From Antedon mediterranea (lineage: Eukaryota > Animalia > Echinodermata), in NCBI RefSeq assembly GCF_964355755.1, contig NC_092673.1, positions 13,798,948-13,862,947 on the forward strand: 64,000 nucleotides of DNA. The letters are read 5' to 3'. Under the pieces are notes generated by a model that was given only the letters and a program-made list of their open reading frames with translations, did no database searches and was not told the DNA's origin. The position numbers and the translations under genes were made by a program. Of this stretch, positions 49,159-61,430 are shown in pieces (positions within the stretch are counted from its first letter, which is position 1; each line of letters begins with the position of its first letter).

Positions 49159-51003
49159 GTCTCATTATGGAAGCGAGTTCCAGTGGTTTGACAACATTAA
49201 GATGAGTGAACATTCAAGAATGTTGTGGGTTCTTACAAGGCCATGTATGTCAGCATTCAATGAATCCATGCAGTCATTTACTAATAAAACGTTTGCAACC
49301 AGTGATCAACACAAAGAGGCTACGCCTTCTAGTATACACAGAGATACAATTGATACTGATAAATTGCTAGCTAAACTCAACGGATGTTCACCATTTTCAA
49401 TGGAACCAACCCTTCGTAATATCGTAAATGGTATGGTAGCTAATGATGATATCAAATATCAAATGGTAGCTGAAAGTGTCATCTCTCAAATGAAGCAACA
49501 GTCAGTCTTCTCACATAAATTTAAAAGAAAGGAAAGAGCCAGGACACTAGCTGATGCAAGTGCCATTGTTGTTGCACCTGACAGATCTATAGATCCTGGA
49601 CTCTTATTTCAAAGATGTCTCATTGTGTCACAAAATGGGAGCCTGTCTTTGGAAGAAATGCTTACGTTTGAACTGAGTCCCTTTCCCCCATCATTGTTTG
49701 AAGGAAAGAATTTGCTCCGGAAAGCAGACAAGCCGCAATTGCTTCACGCAATTATTGATCAAGGACAAAAGAAATCGTCAGACATATTACTATGTCATAA
49801 TGCCGTCCCCAAAACTGACATCTATGTCTTCGATGGAGGTTCTTTAATACACCGACTGCCATGGAAGAAGGGCGAGTTATACCATGAAATTATTACGTCT
49901 TATTGCAAGCTAGTTAGAAAGTATGCATCCACAATAGTAGTGTTTGATGGCTATGGAACACCAACAACAAAAACATATTACACACTTGAGGCGTGGAAAA
50001 GCTGACCACTTAGATGTAAAATTTGACGAATCTACAGTATTTGACACAAAGAAAGAGAAATTTTTTAGTAATACCAACAACAAACAAAGATTTATCAACA
50101 TGCTTGGAAAAGAGCTTGAGTCAGTAGGTGTAGAAGTCATCCATGCACCGGGTGATGCTGATGTTCTCATAGCAACTACTGCTATTAATGCTGCCAAGAA
50201 TAAATCAGTCACACTCATAGGAGGGGATACAGACCTTCTTATCCTCCTTTTGCATCATACCCGTCTAAGCTTGAATAGGATAATTTTTAGATCCGACAAA
50301 GCATCAGCTACAACAGCGACAGATATCATCCCCTTAAAGAAAGCACTTGGATCTAACCTTTGTTCAAAGCTCCTGTTTTGTCATGCCCTTACAAGATGCG
50401 ATACGACCTCAAGAATATATGGCGTTGGAAAGAAGGCAGCTTTTAAAAAGCTGCTTGGTGATGATAAAGTTCTAAGCTCTTGTGCCAAAGTCTTGACATC
50501 CAATTGTCAAACTAAGAAAAAGATTGAAGAATATGGTCGGAAAGCGATGGTGGCTCTCTTTGGAGGAAGTAGCAGTGAAACATTATTAAGTTCGAGGAGG
50601 AGAATTTTTAACAAGAAGGTTGCTGGTTCCAAATCATTTGTTGGGCCTGAAAGACTACCACCTACTGATTGTGCAACCAATTTTCATAGTCAAAAGGTAT
50701 ATTTGCAGATTATGACATGGTCTATGAATGATACAGATATGGTGTTATCAGAGTGGGGATGGAAGGAAGAAGACAACCGCCTAGTTCCACAAATGACAAC
50801 CGAGGATGCTGCACCACCTCATCTGCTCAAAATGATACATTGCAATTGTAAGACTGGATGTGGTACACCTCAATGTGGCTGCAGACGATATGGCCTACAG
50901 TGTACATCTACATGTGGATCATGCCAGCTAGAAGGATGCGAAAATTGCCCCAATAATTGACATCGAAGGCGACATTGATGATGATGAAAGTGATGACGAG
51001 TAG
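49159..51003 (+). pseudogene. Academ transposase C-terminal part (XPG/PIN-like nuclease + Cys8 finger)
   Basis: SDQHKE..IDPGLLFQR..ELSPFPPSLF..DGGSLIHR..VVFDGY / DADVLI..DTDLL..HALTRCDTTS..LPPT..WGW..HCNCKTGCGTPQCGCRRYGLQCTSTCGSC. Frameshift near 49970, and the N-terminal DDE part is absent. Confidence 0.9.
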
Positions 51004-52364
51004 TGTATCCAACTGATGGTGTTAGAGGATGATAAGTAAATTTTCCAAATAGTATGTATGCAATTATCTGTTATATTTTAATGTACACTGTGTAAAAGAG
51101 AGCGATACAATTTCAATTTTAAATGTGGAATAAAATGCTTTAATAAATGGATGGTAACCACTGCCACTGGCCATACTGCTGTTTGATTGTAATGGTTTAT
51201 GATCAAAACATCATCATGTGATGGTAAATTATCATTTCAAAAGCAGTTGCTATTATAGTAAGTCATTACAATCTTATATAGTTAAATACTATCGTTAAAC
51301 ATTATTTATAGTATTTTATTCATTATTTGTATTTTTCTTAGTTACGGTTGCTAGGGTAATGCCATATTTATAAAATATTATCATCAATATGATTGCACAT
51401 GAACAAACAATGCACATGCACATTTTGAATAAGATTGATAGACCTGAAAACATTAAATTTTATTTTATTAATTATTTAATTTTATTTATTTATTTGTTAT
51501 TGTTACCATGGCAACCACATTCCTATTCCAGTGGCAATATGTTGTGTTGATATAAGGGGATCTCTCAGTACATAATTCATCAGTTTTAACATTTCAAACA
51601 CAATATAACTATTTTTTATTAATTATTTTAATTTTCCTTAGTTACGCATAGCAACGGTTGCTATGGTAACATGATTATTGATAAATAAGATGATCAATGG
51701 AATTCACTTTAGTCATATGATAAATACACAAAGTTTGCCTAAGATTGATTGATATTAAGATATTTTAATTAATTTATGTTAATTTCCACTTAATTTGACC
51801 TCAAATGACCCCTTCGGAGGGTCCGATTTCTCGGGACTTTTTTTCTGTGACTAATGACATAGAGTAGAATCCAAAAACGTTGAAAAACCTTTGTACGCAA
51901 TTATTTCTAGGTTAAACCTTATTTTCCATCCATTAAATGTTGTTTTCAAGTTTTAATACATGTAATTCCTAGATTTTAGAACTATACTTCAAGTAGCAAT
52001 CGCTAGTATTCTGTCTCAGAGAGTGAATGCTTGTTAAGGCTCTCGTGCGTTATTTGACGGACGGCGGCCGTGTATATAAGGATTTGGCAGATCGTGTATT
52101 TCATTTTGTGTGTTGATGATTAGGATGGTAAAATAATTTTGAAGTATAACATTTAGTCCAATATAATTATAAATAAATAGATACTATTAATACCTATAAT
52201 AAAAATATAGTTAAGTAACTAACAGGCTATTTAATTAATAGTATACTAAATTAAAACGAATATAAATAAAACAAATTAAAATATAAAAGAATAAATCAAA
52301 TGTATTGACACAAACACATTCACTTCACAAAACTTCTGGTTTCCCATCAATTACTGCAAAACGA

Positions 52365-54130
52365 ATGTTAATGGCACACATCACGTTTATGGGCTAAGTT
52401 ACCCAAGGAACCAGAAAGATTTGCCAAGATTGTGGAAGAATTTGTTAAAGGTAGCAGAACAACACCAAGAAAAAAAGCTGCATTGAGAAGACATGGTCTT
52501 GGCGTCAACAAAGGAAAAAGGGATTTACAATTCCAAGAGTTAATAACAGAAAACCTGAAAAATAAGTTGCAGGTGCTAAAAACAAGGCCAACAGCCATAA
52601 GTTGCATGCTAAAACGCATAGTGATACCGGACCGACAGACAGACCGACAGACCGAAATAATGAACTATAGAGTCGCGTCCACGCGACTAAAAAGAGCGAC
52701 ACCTCGTACCGTAAAGACAGAAGATTACTTGCTCACCTGATAAGCAAGAAATATCGCATGCAGAGTAGACTTGCAAAGCAATTGGATGTACGTCCAAACT
52801 ACTTATCAAGTATTAGAAAGAAAATGGATAAAAATGACGGAGCTGTACTTGACTTGCAAAAAAGAAGGAGCGATGCTACAAGTTTTGATATAATTGAGAA
52901 GGTACAATTTTTTTATAATAATCCTAAAATTTCAAGAGAATTACCATCAAAGAAACAAATCCAGGAGTTTCATGGAAGTGTCTATCGATCAGGCATATAA
53001 AATGTGGAAAAGCGAAAATCCAGATGTAAATATTATTAGCCACTCTTTGTTTCAGAAATTGAGACCAAATACTGTCCTTTTGCAACACAAAACTAAATTA
53101 AACCAATGCCTTTGCGAGTACTGCACATCAATCCTCCTTAAGTTACAGGCCTTAAACAGAGCTGCTGTAGCATACAAGATGCCTACTATCAAAACTAAAA
53201 ATAAATATGAGCTGATTGCACTTACTATGTGCCCAAAAGAGGACAACGGAAAAGTATAATAAACCAGGATGTATATAGAGAGAGTGTGAAGATTGTGGTG
53301 TGTCCCTCCTCAAGACTAAAGTTATCAAATTGGAAGAACATCATGGTGAAGAAATGATCCAGTGGATGAAATGGAGTGACCAGCATTATGAACTCTGTGG
53401 AAAAACCAAGACGAAGAAAGTGGTAATAACAGAGAGGACCAAAGTCAGTAATTTTTTGCAAGAATTTGTTAAAGAAACCAAATCATTGTCTTGACATCTG
53501 TTTGTTGCAAACTGGCAGCAAGATGGATTTCCAACCATTTCGAAAACACTCCCCGAAAACTGGACTTTGATGGTGTTAGATTTTGCTGAAAACTATAGCT
53601 GTCTTCGACAAGATGAAATACAGTCTGCCCATTGGGCTATTCAGCAAGTTACTGTACATCCTATCGTTTGTTACTATAACTGTGTACACTTTGACGACCC
53701 AAGAACACATATTGTCCAAGAGGCTTCAGTTTTTCTTTCAGATGACCTTGACCATGATTTCCATACCGTACATCTTTTTGAAAATCTTGCACTGGAACAC
53801 CTTAAGAAAACTAGAGGCTTATCTTTGAAACAAGTCGTAGAGTTTACGGATGGGTGTGGTAGGCAGTATAAGTCGTGTGGGCCCTTTGGAGATATAAGCT
53901 ATGCCAAATTTAATTACCATGGAATTGAGTTTAATAGAAGTTATTTTGGATCTAGGCACGATAAAGGCCCCAGTAATGGTGTGTCTGGTGTTATTAAATC
54001 TGCTGTTCGCCGAGCTGTTGTAAATACAGTGGAAGATATGTTCCAGTTTTGCTGGAAAAAATCTAGTTCATGAAGATTGCAAGAAACAGCGGCGGTCTTT
54101 CTTTTTGGTGAGAAAAGGCGAGATTGATAG
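52365..54130 (+). pseudogene. Sola2-like DDD transposase pseudogene
   Basis: CLCEYC Cys cluster and DFAENY..QDEIQSAHW..QVTVHP..SDDLDHD..FTDGCGRQYKS..FGSRHDKGPSNGVSGVIK. Several frameshifts and stops. Confidence 0.8.
52578..52693. mobile_element. Minimal Helentron/HINE-like element in the Sola2 ORF
   Basis: aaaaacaaggcc start, (GACA/GACC)n microsatellite, terminal hairpin agtcgcgtccacgcgact followed by aaaaa. Confidence 0.7.
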
Positions 54131-55380
54131 AAAACGCCCAAAAAGTATAAAGTTGCAGTCCCAAAGTGGAATTTGCCAAGTGAAAATTACTTTATGTCGG
54201 AGATTACATAACGGTATTTGGATTTTATTAAATACTTTCCAAAAATTGTTTTTTTGCCTTTGTTTATTGTTTTTATAAGTGTCTATAAATAGCCAACCTT
54301 CACACCTCAAGTGTACTCTATCATTTTTTTTCTCAAACTACATGCACAATAGTGTTTTCTAGACAACACACACACCCACACACACCCACAGCTTCGTCTG
54401 TCAAACTAACACACACAGGCGTAGTGTCTGTCAAAACTAACACACGCAAGTACACCTCAAATAACGTCATTATTTTCAAAGATATGCCATTTGATATTAT
54501 TTTTCCTCATAAAACATTTTGACTTTCTGCAACTCTATCAAGAATAGTTAATAACCAGAGGATTTACAGTGATTAAAGTACAATTAAAACAGCATAATAA
54601 ATGTTCACCAATTGCATGCTAATTTTTTAAAGACAAAAACACTTTTATGTGATTATTGAGAATTTTTTTTTGCCGCATTTATACTTTGAAATGTAGTATA
54701 TTATACACATTTAAATAAATTATAAGACATAGTTTTGATAATTTTATTATTTGTTCAAGAAAAACAACTAAATTTTGTCCGTCAAAACTAACACGCGCAA
54801 TTGCTACACCAATGAAATTAAAATACATTTTTTTAAGTTCATGTTCAGTGACTTATCTTTTTTTTAGTATTGCCTGAAAGATATGTTTTTACTAAACAAT
54901 TTCAGGTTATTAAAAAAAAAATGTTAAAGATGAAAAATTGACCTCTGTGTTACAGTTTTATAACACTTTAGCATCTTTTGAGTCATATAGATTCTTTACA
55001 GATTTGAAGCTACCAATGAGATCTCAGAAAGCAGTGGATCCCAAACTTTGTATTTTGCATGCAAAATTGACAAAATAATGAGCTCTAAATAACCGTGCTC
55101 ATGATGTGTGCAAACATGTACGGGCAGCAGTACCAAAATACCACTCCAGATCAATGAAGCGAGAATTTGTGCAGTCATTTGGCCTTGTTTCTAACAAGGC
55201 AGTTTTGCGGAGTGCTTAACGAACTTTGACAGATTTGTTTCAATTTATTTTAAACTATTTGTCAGTCTGGTCTCCTCAGTTTTGATTAATTCTCAGTGAT
55301 CTTTACATTCACAACCCAAAAGCTGTTTTTAAATTTAGGTGACTTCTTTGTCTGAAACTTTAGATGAAGCTAGAACAAGT

Positions 55381-55773
55381 CCTTGTTCTACAAGCAACAA
55401 TTCAACTGGATCGGACATGTAATTAGAAAAGAAAATGAAGATCCTACAAAAATTCTTACTTTTCACACAACACAAAGTAAACGAAGAGGTCGGAAGATAC
55501 CATCAGTACTTGATAGAGTTGTACAACAAAGTCAACTTACTAGATGCAACTTCATTAGAGCCTGCTTCAACAGAAATTTATAATTCCCAGCAATGTTTTA
55601 ACTGTATATATGAACTGTTTTATAAGTTGTTTTGTGACTGTGTAATTTGGTAGTAGTCGCTCTCATACTGTAGACCTACATTTAAAAGTAACACATCCAA
55701 ATGCCAACTTCAAGTCAATGGCTACCAGATGTCTCTGTGAGACGGTTATTTGAACCAGTACCAGTACCAGTAC
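55381..55773 (+). mobile_element. RTE-clade LINE 3' fragment
   Basis: QQFNWIGHVIRKENEDPTKIL..KRRGR motif and a (CCAGTA)n tail at 55756-55773. Confidence 0.75.
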
Positions 55774-55799
55774 CTTGATGAGCAAGACTCCGAATTGCT

Positions 55800-56490
55800 T
55801 TGGGACAGACAACACTGCAACCCATTAGAGTACGACACTTTCCTGAATAAATGTAAACTATCAATGCAAGTATTGAGACAGCTGTTGATGACAGACGTCA
55901 TGATCAAGTGTCAGAAAACGAGGTAATCACACACTTACAAACAACAGTTGTTAGTGTTAGAGACCTTTACGATCAAGTGATAAAGCGATGTGATGAGGGC
56001 ACCAAGTCTTCACTGGTTACAGTTTTGGCCATGCAGACCAACTGCTAGGCTGTGTATGTAAGCCTCCTAGACTTCAAAACAAGGTCTTCAGTGAAGTTCA
56101 CCATCTTCCAGACCCTATGCCTGATGGAGACAAATATTACACATTTGAGGAACTTTATGGAAAGGTAAACTTTGTGTTCATTGCTTTTATGAGTATTTGG
56201 TTTCAGGCTAATATCTGAAGGAGAACATGGAGAATGTATCAAAGCAATTGTAAAAGCTAATTTAAAGGTGAAGTGATGATACAACAGAATGATGATGTAT
56301 ATATTTTTTCAACAGAAAACTACAGAACATTACAGGCCTTCTTTGACAGTTACTAGAGCCACAGGAGATGGATGCCTTTTCAATCCATCAGCCTGAACGG
56401 CTAAGAATACTGGCGTGATCATACATTGCGAGGAATGCGAAAAGTGGAGGTGTCAATATGCAAAGAAGAAGTTGACAAAAAAGACAAGGC
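55800..56490 (+). pseudogene. Zator-related transposase-like remnant with the catalytic core deleted
   Basis: VSVRDLYDQVIKRC..LQFWP fused to VCKPPRL..HLPDPMPDGDKYYTFEELYG | KTTEHYRPSL..AKNTGVIIHCEECEKWRCQYAKKKL. Confidence 0.55.
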
Positions 56491-56789
56491 CTTACAATCA
56501 ACTATCATGCAAACTAGCAGAAATGCTGAAAAGGCGGTGATTGCGCAAAAATATACCTCCATAAAAAGTTTCTAAAAAAAATAATAATACTACTACTGTA
56601 TTGTTTATCAACTTAGGTGATGTTTATATCACCTTAAAAACCGGCACGGAGAAAAAATATTTGTTGGACCTCTGCACTTTAAAAACAACCTGATCAAATT
56701 CAACCAGAAACGTATTAATTATGACAATAAATCCTGGTCAATCAGTGATGACAATAAACTGAAAATAAAAAGATCCGGTTTGATGGCCT

Positions 56790-57456
56790 ACATATTGGTG
56801 GCGTACTAGTCAATCCATCATCAGAAGTTCGTAACCTTGGTGTACAACTTGATTATAAAATGACCATGGAATCACATATCAACAAAATCTGCCGATCTGC
56901 TATTTTCCATTTATGTAACATCGCCAAGATCAGATGTTACTTGAACCATTGTGCAACAGAGCAGATTGTACATGCTTTTGTTACCAGTCGGCTTGATATG
57001 GGAAATTCTCTGCTGTATGGTCTGCCAAAGAAGCAGTTGCGGACTCTCCAGAAGGTGCAAAATTGGGCAGCTCGCTTAGTGATGTGTGCCAAGAAGTATG
57101 ATCACGTCACACCATTGTTCAAAGAGTTAAATTGGCTACCCATGGAGTCGCGTGTTAAATTTAAGATCCTGCTGCTGGTGTTCCGATGCCTAAATAGTTG
57201 CGCTCCAAAATATCTCTCAGAATTGTTGACAGTCAAGAAGGGAAAGCGAGAACTAAGATCTAGTCATCAGGTGCTACTGGACATTCCAAGGAGCAAACAT
57301 AGTTGGGGAGATCGGACTTTCAGTGTTGCTGGACCTACGCTCTGGAACCACCTACCCTTGAACATTAAACACACCATTATTGAGTCACAGCGCCATGAGC
57401 AATGAATGTTGGAATGGCGCTATATAAATCGAACGATTGATTGATTGATTGATTAT
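56790..57456 (+). mobile_element. 5'-truncated L2-clade LINE
   Basis: VRNLGVQLD..HINKICRSAIFHL..VHAFVTSRLD..NSLLYGLP..LQKVQNWAARL..HVTPL..LNWLP..FSVAGPTLWN. Ends with gcgctatataaat and a (GATT)n tail. Confidence 0.92.
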
Positions 57457-57879
57457 AGAGACAAGATATTCCTGGTTTAAAAAATGGAGAGATGAACATA
57501 AGGGGCCGTCCAAAAACTAATTTTCCGCGAGTTCCGCGATTTTACCTTCATAGTTCATTGAACCTCGTTTCCGCGGAACGTGCGATACAAAAATATTCAT
57601 TCGGAATGCTCGGGGAACGCAATTGATGAATATTCATATCAACAATCAAAATGTTGCCGCCCACATATCGCGAGTTCCGCGGGTAGCCTAATAAATAGAT
57701 GAGATCATAGTACAGAATAGCACGTTTTAGGCCTAGCTAGGTTGGCCGACTACGACTACATACAGTAGGCTAGTACTAGGCCTAGTCCTACTTAAACTAC
57801 TCTGATAGAACGGAGAAAATGATACCAAAAAACAATTTGGTTTTAAATTGTTCGAAATATATATTTTGTTATTTGTTAC

Positions 57880-59550
57880 ACATTTTGAAAAATGTTACAA
57901 AGGGTCAAAGGGTCAGGGTCAAGGGTTATATGAACAAATAAATAAAGGTACTTTTATTTCGGCAATCACTGGTCGCAGCAAGTCAATTTTGGTCTAAAAA
58001 AATGTTTAGAAGGCATGCATTTATATTTCGTCTAATGGGGCATTTTAGTAAAAAATGATCAGAAATGCCATTTCTGACCTTTGACCCACATACCATGGCA
58101 TCTTCATATCTCTGTAAGTACTGGTCGTAGAAACTTAAATTTGGTATCAAATTATTCGAAATATACATATTTACATTCATTGTAATAGAACATGTGGTTA
58201 AAAGATGAACAGAAAATACTATTACTAATGTTTAAAACAAAAAACATATCTCTACACAACTTATCCTTAGACAGTAATGTTACAGTATGCAATAACTGAT
58301 ACTTTAAATTGTTTCAATTTCAAGTACCGTAGTTCCCCGGGTATAATCCCACCCCCCTTGTACGTGAAATTTGCCCGAATTTGGGAGGTGGGACTATACC
58401 CGGGGATTTCCCGCTGCATGAACTGAAAATGACGATATTTCTTCTAGCTACGATTTAGGCTATCTAAAAGCTATATTCCGATGTAGGCCTAGCAATTAGA
58501 CGGCCAGGCCATCTAGGCCTGGGCGGCCTAATTGGTCTTACCTGTGCTATGCCTACCGTATAGATTTTCCCCGAGATTTCTACTTAAAAAATACCCTAAA
58601 ATGTGATCTAGGCCTAGCTTCCTAAATCGACATGAACTCGATCATACGAGTTCTCCATCGCATGTTGTTGCATGTGACACAAACTCTACTGTGCACAAGC
58701 TGGTCGGTATAGAGGGCGGTGTTTTTTTACGGTAATCAAGCATGCACAGTAGTGTAAACAACAAGAAAGAATGTACACGACGGCGAAAGGATGTACGGAA
58801 CGTGACGATCGGGGCATGCTAGCCTTAAGGTTGTATTCAACTTAACAATGTTTGATGAGTTTTAAGCCAGCCAAATTCAGAGAAATTACTCTATTTTTTT
58901 GGTGAGAAATTGACGTCGGCCTAGCTAGCTACAGTAGGCCTAGGCCCACCTCTAGCCTAATGTTAAATTATACACTGGGACTTTGCCCGGGGATATGCTT
59001 GCGTGTGAAGGTAATCGTAAAGTCGGGGGTGGGATTATACCCGAGGTGGGATTATACCCGAGTAACTACGGTACTAGTTATTGCTGTCCACGAGAACAAT
59101 TTTGATATAAACGTCAAGCTCAACAGTTCTTTTCAGAATGCTAGAAGTAACTTGCCATGTGTATCCGAACACCCCGGGCATTTATTGTTCAAAAGGGTTT
59201 TCAGGGGGAGGGGAGGCATCTTTATTTGGAGTATAATATGGTAAAATGTATAATCAAATAAATACCACCTATATCTACAATTTGACAACAATCTTTTGCA
59301 TATTTTTAAATGCCAATACATAGTTTCATTACTATTGTACAATATGTCCAGCTTTCCTGAAAACACCCTTGTGTACTGTAGTACAGTGTTGTAGTATGAT
59401 TTTATCATGATAACTTCTGATGCTTTTATTGTCAATGCATTCAGTACCTAAAACATGCCAGTGGTTGTCGAGATTTAAGGACTTATTGGTGTTTAGTATG
59501 ATAACCTTTCACCCTGACCTTTTGACCTTTCGCCACATTTTCAAAATGTG
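57880..59550. repeat. Inverted-repeat pair of an unclassified non-autonomous DNA element
   Basis: cattttgaaaaatgtt..ggtcaaagggtcagggtcaagggttat (57881-57930) versus ataacctttcaccctgaccttttgacc..cattttcaaaatg (59501-59548). Confidence 0.55.
58327..59071. mobile_element. Tc1/mariner-superfamily (Tc2/pogo-like) MITE
   Basis: TIR ccgtagttccccgggtataatcccacc / ggtgggattatacccgagtaactacgg with TA on both flanks. Confidence 0.85.
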
Positions 59551-60561
59551 TAACCAAGCCAATAATGATCGTTTGACCATTCTAAACCAATTTCTGAAGT
59601 CAAATTCTCTGGACCTCAAAGTGCATACGAAAGTTGATCTAGCTACTAGAGTATTAGATATGGCACCAATGAAAAACGAAAAAGAATTTGTGAATTGTTT
59701 TTGTGAAATCTTTTTTTACCAATCTTGCTGTAATGTAACACAAAAATTTACGTAAATCAATTATTGAATTTATTTATTTATTTATTTATTTATTCTTTCT
59801 TTATTCTGCAGGCACTTTCAGTACTAGTGCACTGATTTCCAAAGTGGTACAGTAATTAAAAATATAACAAAAATAATAAAATAAAGACAAAGAGTAATTG
59901 AAATATACATTAAAAATAGCAATCAAAAGCAATAGCAAAACAAAAAATTCAGTTAAAAATGTTGAGTAGGAGATACCATTATTGTTTATTTCAAATTTCA
60001 AAGTAAATTTATTTTTTTTACTTGGCCACCTAAATGTCGATATTTATATAGACAACTTCTCTTAAATACTTTAATTTCAGACTTTTATTGTTTTAGATTT
60101 TTTTTCGAAGCTATACAATACAGTACCAACAATCGAGATTCACCGGACCGTCAACCACTCCCGCCACTTTGTCTGTCAAGAAGGACTCCAGTGTCAATAT
60201 AGATGAAAAACGTTTAAAGAACTTCGGGAAATTGTGTATAGGAGTAAAGATGTGTATTTTAATTATTTTTAGAAATGTGTACATACTGTAGAAGACCGTC
60301 TAAAAGGATCTTGTAAAATTACAGGATCTATGTACACATTACTAAAATTATAGGGCATTGAATCATGACTCGTTGGCTAGATAATGGACAAAGCTTTCCA
60401 TTTACGTCTCCATTGTTGTAACGAGGCATATACGGCTCCCATTGTATTCATTGGGACTGGCCAAGTCTCTAGCATTATGTCGCATAGGCCTAATATAACT
60501 TAGTTAAAATGAAATATAAAAAAAATAATATATGGATTACGTACTTGAAATAATGTACCAG

Positions 60562-61430
60562 CAGGGCTCGAAATTCACGCTAGCAAACTAGCATTTTGCT
60601 AGTAGATTCTTGATAATTGCTAGTTGAAAATTTCAAAACTAGCAAATGTTTGCTAGTGTAATTTTTGAAAAAATACGTACTTTTTAGCTTAGCCACGCTA
60701 GCCGCAAATCGCTATGTCAACAACGGCTAATAGGAACCAATTTGGTGAAAACAATTGTTTCATTTACACGCCGCCAATTTACGTCAAGGAAACGCGAATA
60801 GCACCGTGAATCATGTGGTAGCATAGTTGTTAACGATGTGCATTATAAACAGCAAGCTTTTCCCCAACACAAAAGCATGTGCATTTAGTACGTCGCTAAG
60901 GATTACATCATCAGTCACGTGATTACAGAATACTCGATTATCAATTTAGGGATTTAACAAAATAAATATTTTGCCTACACAGTAGTCGAAGCGCGTATTT
61001 AATAGATTCGTAAATAGTAAACACCCCCCCACAGTTTTGTCATCGGCAATAATATTTTATAGTCAATTTTGTTCCGCTTCAAATTAAAAGTTTGATGTTT
61101 CGACCTAAAAAAAAGTGGGCCGAAACATCTCGGGACGAATCGTCCATAGGCCGAAACGCCCTTGATTTGGCTAGCATGAAAGCATGTCTTGATCTTTTTT
61201 TAATTTGGCTAAAAAGGGTACTACTACTACTACAGCTTTGCCTAGCTAGCTAGGCCTACACCTAAAAGCTAGGCCTAGGTCTACACCTAACTAAATTCAG
61301 ATTTGTGTAGAATTTAACTATTTTACCGAAAAAAAATTGTGATTGCTAGTTATGCTGCTGATTTTGCTAGTTAATTTTTTTACAACTAGCAAACTTTGCT
61401 AGTTGAAAAAAAAGTAAATTTCGAGCCCTG
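60562..61430 (+). mobile_element. hAT-like non-autonomous element
   Basis: TIR cagggctcgaaatt / aatttcgagccctg, GCTAG subterminal repeats, flanks taccag/taccat. It interrupts the repeat shared with 36770-37140. Confidence 0.8.

Larger units (their letters stand above)
39872..51935 (+). mobile_element. Academ DNA transposon
   Basis: TIRs tagtggatgga..aacctagaaataattgcgtacaaaggttttt / aaaaacctttgtacgcaattatttctaggtt..tccatccatta, a 3-bp TSD AAT on both sides, and an internal Academ transposase C-terminus. Confidence 0.9.
37828..55250 (+). mobile_element. Sola2-like DNA transposon (boundaries approximate) hosting an Academ insertion
   Basis: Subterminal motif cgtgcgtta..ttgac / gtcaaa..aacacacg occurs at 39420-39830, 52044 and 54397-54800. 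Partial inverted similarity between 37849-38015 and 54955-55085. Transposase at 52.3-54.1 kb. No TSD resolved. Confidence 0.5.
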
